In this document: piece by piece, positions 57,201-64,000 of the stretch
Position numbering within the stretch: position 1 is the stretch's first letter
Layout of the letters: each line of letters begins with the position of its first letter
NCBI GenBank assembly: GCA_051362555.1
Contig: CM120641.1
Span: forward strand, 35,408,401-35,472,400
From: Lingula anatina
Taxonomy: Eukaryota; Animalia; Brachiopoda
Direction: 5' to 3'
Length of the DNA stretch: 64,000 bases
The notes under the pieces: generated by a model
Seen by the model: the letters and a program-made list of their open reading frames with translations, nothing else
Told to the model about the DNA's origin: nothing
Database searches by the model: none
Program-made: the position numbers and the translations under genes

Positions 57201-60200
57201 TTTCTTGTTTTGTTATTATGTTGTTATTGCATGTTTAATTTTCCCAGGAGCTGAATTATCAGATCAAAGTATGCTGAAACATGTACAGAGCAGTTTTTAA
57301 AAGAATTTTTATACAATTAAATTTTCTTAAGATGGAACATCATTATATTCACATGCACATTTTTCTTTAGTCTTTCCACTCAAACATAGTTGTAATTCTT
57401 TTCCAGACACAAATGGAGAGCAAAGTTTTGCACAGGATTCGGATGATCTTGCTGGCGCTTACTGGGAGTCTGAACACCATAAGTTTGACTTTGGGGACTA
57501 CTCTTCTGTCCTGTGTGAGATGGACCCTCTCTCCTACCACCAGCTGGGGCTAGCTGTCCCAGGGACTTATATAAATGAAAGTAGGTTGATAGGTAATGCA
57601 TGAGTTCTTATAAATTATCTTTGTTCAGTGTCTGAAATAACATCATAGAAACATTTGAAAAGATACATCCTAGAGGTCCATGTTGCATAGATAATATTTT
57701 TGAAACAAAGATACTTTATACCACTTAATATTTCAGTTGTTGAGTCTGATATAACTGTTCCCTGGAGGCCTAAAAATGCTGCGGAGCTACTAGATATACA
57801 TGTAAGTCATTGCAAGACTGTGTGGTGTTGTGAACAATGTTATTCATTCTTATCTTATTCTTCCAAGAATTTAAAAATAAACAGTCTGTACGAGTAGGAT
57901 TTAATGTTTTGATAATAAAATTGGTTTTTGCCAACAATTAGTCTCATTTACGTAGATGAAAGCAAGAACATATATGGGTGAAAGAGTAACGTAATCAAAG
58001 TCAGTTGTCTGACAAGCTGTGTCAGGTAGTTTTTATAAATGAATAGAGCATAGCCCTGAGGGAACTACAAAGAAAGGTCCCACTGCGAGAAAATGGGATA
58101 CCAGACGAAGATTGTTTCTTAACAAGGAGATGGTCGTGTTGATTGCACAATGTGTACTAAAAAAATTCAGGAAATAAAAAAAAACCCTTGTGTGTTAATA
58201 TTTGTACTTTTTAATTTGAAGCCCTTGCTACCAAAGGTTTTGCGTCATGACCCTGTATTGCATAGCATCAATACAAAATATGTGAGTAAGGAGCCATAAA
58301 GAAGTGTTGCTATTTTGCAGGTTTTGCCTTTAAAACATATTAATTTTGATTTGGTTTCCCTTTTTCTGAATGAGGTTCAATTACATTATTATTATTATTG
58401 TTTATTTATTTATTATTATTATTATTTTGAAAATTAATTCTTTCCTATGGATCCTTTAAGTGTGCCTTTATTTCATATATTTTCAGACACCATTGCCCTG
58501 GTTAATGCATGAATGTGCTGTTACCCATCCTTACTATTGATCTTTGTAAACATAGAAAGTTGCTTAACATTTTACTATTTTTTTTGTCTACAAACAGTGT
58601 GTGCTGTGGTCTATGAGACTATATTGTGATCACATATAATTATTTTCTTATTTTCTTTGCAGAATAATAATTTGTTGAGTGCTATGGTTATGCAGTGCAA
58701 CAAAGCATTTTGAAGATGTGTGTGTTTGTGTGTGTTACTGGGACACGGTAGTGTTTTCAGAGTTAATGCCCAAGTACCTCAAAATATATGTTATGCTATA
58801 TTCTCTTACAGGAAATTGCATTGAACAAGTTGTCGCTGAGGATGCACAAGATGTATGAGAAAGTCCATGATGCTGCCATGTTATCTGTGGATCCCAACTT
58901 CAAGAAAGACATCCCAGTTGAAAGCACATTCCTCAAAAATTTAGATCGTAAGTTTTTTTTTTTTTTTTGGAAAGGTATGAACACGTCAAATATTTGGAAT
59001 TTAGGTAAATGATAAAGAGAAAATGCTTTCCACATCTGGAAGTTGCACCTGATTTTTGTTTGAGTGGCATGAATGATATATATATATATATATATATGCA
59101 TCCCACAAATTCTTTTGAAAGTTGAGATATTATAATTCCTAATGAACAGTTTTGTACCTTTGATTACTGCAGACCATTGGTCATATATATTAATATAGAT
59201 TTAAAGAAAGTTATATATTATGTGATTTTATATTTTAGAATTCAGCAGTAGGGGTCAAACAGCTGAATCAGTAAAGGTAAAGTTTGTGATAAAATTACCC
59301 ATTAAAAAATTTAGATTTTAAAGAATTCTTTTGATTTTGTATAATTCACCCATTTCCAGTAATACTTGTGTTTACATGAAAGATAAAATACATAAATAGA
59401 TGTTTATTAAAATGGGGCTTTATTTGACTTTTTAAAAGCATTTTAAAAGCTGTGCACCCAAACTTGATCATTATGTTTCACTTGTGTATTTTCAGTTGCC
59501 AGGAACGCAAGCCTCTAAAAACAACAGTCATTCTGGAGGAGGTGACAATGAGACAACTGTCAGCTTGCCACCTGTCAAGAGAAATAATGAGCATATATCC
59601 AAGGAGAGAATGGGGACCACAACTTCTCACAGGATTGTATTTTACCCCAACCCTGTCACCCCACCCCCTGTCCTGCCCATTACCAGAACAGTGAGTATAC
59701 AAATTGGATGTTATCAATAGTGCCTCAGATTATATTTTAATGTAGTTTGCTGTTGTAGATCCAAATTTTTGCTTAGGGGATAGAATCTAGATCCAGAATT
59801 TGACTAAGGAGATAGAATCCACATCCAGAATTATAACCAGTGACCTGTTTATCTGTAAGTGTAAAAATCATTTCAGTTTTTTGGCCTGTTGTATTAGTTA
59901 TTATGATATTATCAATCAGTGATTATTGTAATGCTTGGTGAGACAATTTAAATACACATGAAAAAGATTTTGAGTTGTGGCCAGCTCGTACAGCTAGAGT
60001 AATGAATAAGAGATCTTTTCTGAACAGAGATACTGTGTTGCCACACACCCTCAGAAATGTTTGTGTTGGAGTATCAGTTTTGAATGAGCTTGCAGTTCAT
60101 TTTTGCCAATTTTGTACTCAATTCACTGTGATTGTTTCACCGTCAAATTCTCTAATGCCCTCTCTGTTTTGTCATTTTAGAGTAAAGACAAGGAGTACCC

Positions 60201-63200
60201 CCGCCTTCCCAATGCATTCAATGATATCCACTCTCCCAGAGAGAAGGCAGAGAGAATTGTAAACCAGGGAAATCTCTTGGAGAAGACCAAGTTCAGTCTT
60301 TACAGGGCCAAACCCAAGTCCAAAACGGTGTCATCTCAGAATGACACAAAGGGTCTTATGCACCAGCTCACTCTAAAGGAAGTGCAAAGGAAAGGCGCCA
60401 CAACACCTGCGTAAGTCATGGCTATTACTTACTGCACTAGCTGGAGCCATATCCTAAAAGTTCAAAGATTTTTAGGAGAAGCTATGGTTCTTAGTTTCGA
60501 CCACCCTGTTTTGATACATGTTTAATGGTAAATGAGTAGATATTTGTTTTCTTTTTGAGAAATAGAAATAGAAATAAAAATTACAGAAATAGAAATATGA
60601 AATCATGAACACCAATATCCAGGGAGTTGCACACTACCAAGCAAAATGTTAGTGTTTGTTTCATAGTTTGAGCATAATAATGTATGTATTCAAGGAGATG
60701 TCCATTGTCAAACTTTCCTGAACATTTTTATTTTTTATTCATATATTTATTTATTAGTACAGGGAAAAATTGATGTGAAATAATGTAGATCTTTGATTCC
60801 TAATATTTTTTAATAATGCAGACTAGTAAGGGAAAGAGAGTTAAAAAAGGTGGTCTTATGGTTAAATTTGCAGAAAATGAATCAGAAACTAGCTAGTTAT
60901 TTATTTAATCTTGCCAGACAAAATAAGTACATATCATACACTGGATCTTCTGTGTCCTGTGTATATAAGTTCTAAATTTGAGAACTCATATGAATTATCA
61001 CAGGAGATAATTTATAAATCAATTTTGTTATTCAGTTCCAGCCGTTCAGTTTCATTTAAGGCCATGGCAAAGCTAGCAAGCAAAATGGGAGGTGGAGGTG
61101 AGTCAGCGGTCCAACTGAACTGATATAAAAAAAAAGACATTTAAAAAACTGTGGCTGATTCAGTTTGGTGTGAAAATCACTTTTTTGTGTGTTTGGCTGT
61201 TCCTTGCACATACTTTTTTCTCCTTTGCATGGATAAGCATTTAAAAAAAATTACTGCCTTAAATATTGTTTGTTGCCTTTTACTCAATACTGCATAATCA
61301 TTTTTTAACTTGCCCACCCATCTCCAGTCATTCTCCAGCCCCTCCCTTTTCTCCAAACCCCAATACCAAATCCTTTGAGGCAATTTGGACTAAATCCTTT
61401 CATCAAATTGCATGCTTGATTAAGTACTTCATTTTTTTAGATTTAACAACCTTCAGGCTTGAATTATTATTGAAAGTGTCTAACATAGATTAGATTTTGA
61501 TTGTTGCATGCAGAAATATATTTTACTGAATTAATGAGAATTTCTTAGCATGTAGTTTGCGAATGGGAATAATTGTGTTGCAAAATTTGTAAGCTTCAAG
61601 TGACATTTAATCCTCCTCATCATCAATCAGTCTTCTCAATACATCAGAAACTCTTCCCTAATTGTGCCATTACATTTATGTATTATTTTGTAAAAAACTG
61701 AATAGAATGCTTTTCCATTCAACAGATTTTCCTTTTAATATTTAGAATCACAGTATTACTGAGCTGTCTTTTAATCTTCCATTCACAGTACATTTTAGTT
61801 GGTTTTATTTTCATATAAATTTTTAACTTGATATTTTCACTTTTACTGATTCATAAAAATACATATCACTATAGATATTATAGTATGTTTCACAGTTCAT
61901 AGACGTTTTTGTCACACACTCATATATTTTGCACTGTTTGCTGTGCACCTATGTGTATGAATAGATGACATAGAGCTCCCCCAATCCCGCTCTACGTGTA
62001 ACATGTCACGAAGGCGCAGTCGGCAAGGTGGACCAAGCCAGGATGTTTCCATGGCAGAACCTGTGGAGACATGTGGTCATGAGGAGCAAGAGGAAGAAGG
62101 TATCGGTATACTATATAGTAAACATTTTACCCTGTGGTAGATAAGCAAAGTGCTGGTTGAGGTATGTTTTGAATGCATGGCATGTTGTATATGATTTACC
62201 AGTTATTTTATAGTAAGATTTTTAACCCTCATTTCTGACCAGTATTTTGCAACTGGGTTTACCAAAGCAAACCATGGTACCTAAGAGAATTTTCCACTTG
62301 GACAGTGATTTGTGCTAGCTGTCATAGAGATTAGCCTTATTAATGGGATGTTCTTGCCTTTGCGTTTCTTACGAGTGCATATATACTGGCACTAGTTTAT
62401 TCAAAGCATGAAATACAGGTAAAGTAAAAATAGGAACCACCCCAACAGTTAGAATTTAAGATATGAATAAATGTTTATTACATGGGTGGGGAGGGTTGGG
62501 TATGACAGTTTATAATTGGTTGTATAACATTATAATTATCCTGATGCGTTTGTTTCAGTCAGTTTGGTAATTAACCTTGTTAAGCACTTTTAGAGAGCTA
62601 TTGCTCTCCGCTTGTTTATTATCTATTACTCTATCATAAACACAGTCACCAGTGCAGACTCTGTTTATGGTAAAATAATTTCAACTATGGCAGTTAAAGT
62701 GTCATTTAACATTTCACTGTTCTTATTTTATTTTCATGTAAAGTTACTTTGGTTACATTGGTAATTTCCTATAAGCATGATAGATGAAAATGATTTAATA
62801 TTCGAACTGATATTTTACCTCAGACACATAGCCCTAATTAGTTTTATTTGTAAGCATGATAGATGAAAATAATTTAATATTGCAACTGATATTTTACCTC
62901 AGACACATAGCCCTAATTAGTTTTATTTGTTTTCAGGGACTTGGAAAAAGATCAAGCCTAAGTCAGGTCCCTTGAAACACTCAGGGATCAAATGGGAAAG
63001 AGTGAAGGTAATTTAAAAGCTTTATGTGACTGTACATTCATATGGTGAGAGCAGAAACAGTTTTTTTCTTTCAATGAAAAATGAAAATTAAAATCTGGTA
63101 CAGGACACTCACAGTAGAATGGTATGGGCTTTAAAGCTTTGTCTATATCCCTTTCCTTTTACCTTTCTTCCAGGACATTGTCCACAACAACCTGACTGCC

Positions 63201-63233
63201 AGTCACCCAGATGAGAGAAAGGATGCCATACAG
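54282..63233 (+). CDS. Large uncharacterised protein, partial (at least 802 codons in 16 exons; continues beyond the window)
   Basis: Phase-compatible GT-AG exons 54282-54392, 54627-54779, 54984-55133, 55402-55756, 55966-56180, 56514-56757, 57407-57592, 57737-57801, 58812-58947, 59239-59276, 59496-59690, 60181-60410, 61036-61097, 61965-62099, 62937-63007 and 63174-63233 give one open frame with no stop. N-terminus looks helical/coiled-coil; the middle is long and low-complexity. Confidence 0.8.
54500..54558. repeat. (CACAA)/(CATAA) pentanucleotide microsatellite
   Basis: Directly visible. Confidence 0.9.
56778..56946. mobile_element. Intronic element with ends like the CAGGGG-TIR family and internal GACCGTCTTCC repeats
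   Basis: gggacggatccag...taaatccacccctg. The ends resemble those of 36060-36324. Confidence 0.55.
62772..62929. repeat. 79 bp tandem duplication x2
   Basis: taagcatgatagatgaaaat...ccctaattagttttatttg is repeated almost identically. Confidence 0.92.
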
Positions 63234-63720
63234 GTAAGTTTTGATATTATTTTAATTCCCAGGATACATGTTATTGGACACACAGGTTGACTTGTAGTGG
63301 AAATGGGGCAAAGTTTATGTTTTAGTAACCGTAGAATGATATTTAAACAGATTTTGCTAATCAATTTAATTTTGATTATTTGTTTTGGTCCTTAGCACTC
63401 AAAGGAACATGATTCTTGATTCATATGCTTTTTTATGTTTATTGGTTGAATAATTGGCTGAATAATTTCCTGTCAGTTATATTTTAGGGGGATTGTTGTT
63501 TGCATAAAATATTATTCATGTGCATGCATGTTGTGTCTGTGTTTATAAGGAGAGAGGATGGGACACACATGCCCAGCAGCATTCAAACTTTTATTTTTGC
63601 AGAGGGGCCTAACACTCAGCTTGTTTCATCTGTTTGTGAAATAGTTGAAATTTGCTGGAGGTTGCAGAAATATTTTGAAATTCATGCTTAACAATAATTA
63701 CTTGTCACTAAGTATCCTTC

Positions 63721-64000
63721 ATCCCAGATTAACAGATAGAAGATTTTTAATTTGCTTTGTCACATAATTACTTATTTTTCATATAAGTTCACATAAACAA
63801 TGTTAATAAGCATCATCAGTTTCCCCTATCCCAGATTAACAGATAGAAGACTTTTAATTTGCTTTGTCACATAATTACTTATTTTTCATATAAGTTCACA
63901 TAAACAGTGTTAATAAGCTTCTGAATCATCAGTTTCCCCCTATCCCAGATTAACAGATAGACTTTTAATTTGCTTTGTCACATAATTACTTATTTTTCAT
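63721..64000. repeat. ~110 bp tandem repeat, at least 3 copies, truncated by the window end
   Basis: atcccagattaacagataga...tttaatttgctttgtcacataattacttatttttcat starts at 63721, 63828 and 63942. Confidence 0.93.

Noticed and set aside
63721-64000. Repeat array superficially like a CRISPR array
   Set aside because: Whole units are repeated with no unique spacers, the context is a eukaryotic intron, and there are no cas genes.

Overview
AT-rich, intron-containing animal genomic DNA, probably an invertebrate such as a mollusc (taxon is inference only). Reading splice sites by hand gives six well-supported genes. GALM (-, 8 exons) lies head-to-head with an hnRNP L-family gene (+, 17 exons). Then come a stum/SPEC3-family gene (-, 3 exons), an intronless class A GPCR (+), and RPS15A (-, 4 coding exons), which is head-to-head with a large uncharacterised gene (+, at least 16 exons, running off the window). 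There is also an orphan ORF of about 258 aa. The rest is MITEs and foldback elements, decayed transposase fragments (THAP, SWIM), local duplications and microsatellites. The most interesting part is the hnRNP L locus. It has an AT-AC minor-spliceosome intron, and a long CA-rich intron with a candidate poison exon at the position of the vertebrate autoregulatory cassette. Its divergent pairing with GALM also mirrors human HNRNPLL-GALM as recalled. No database searches were possible.
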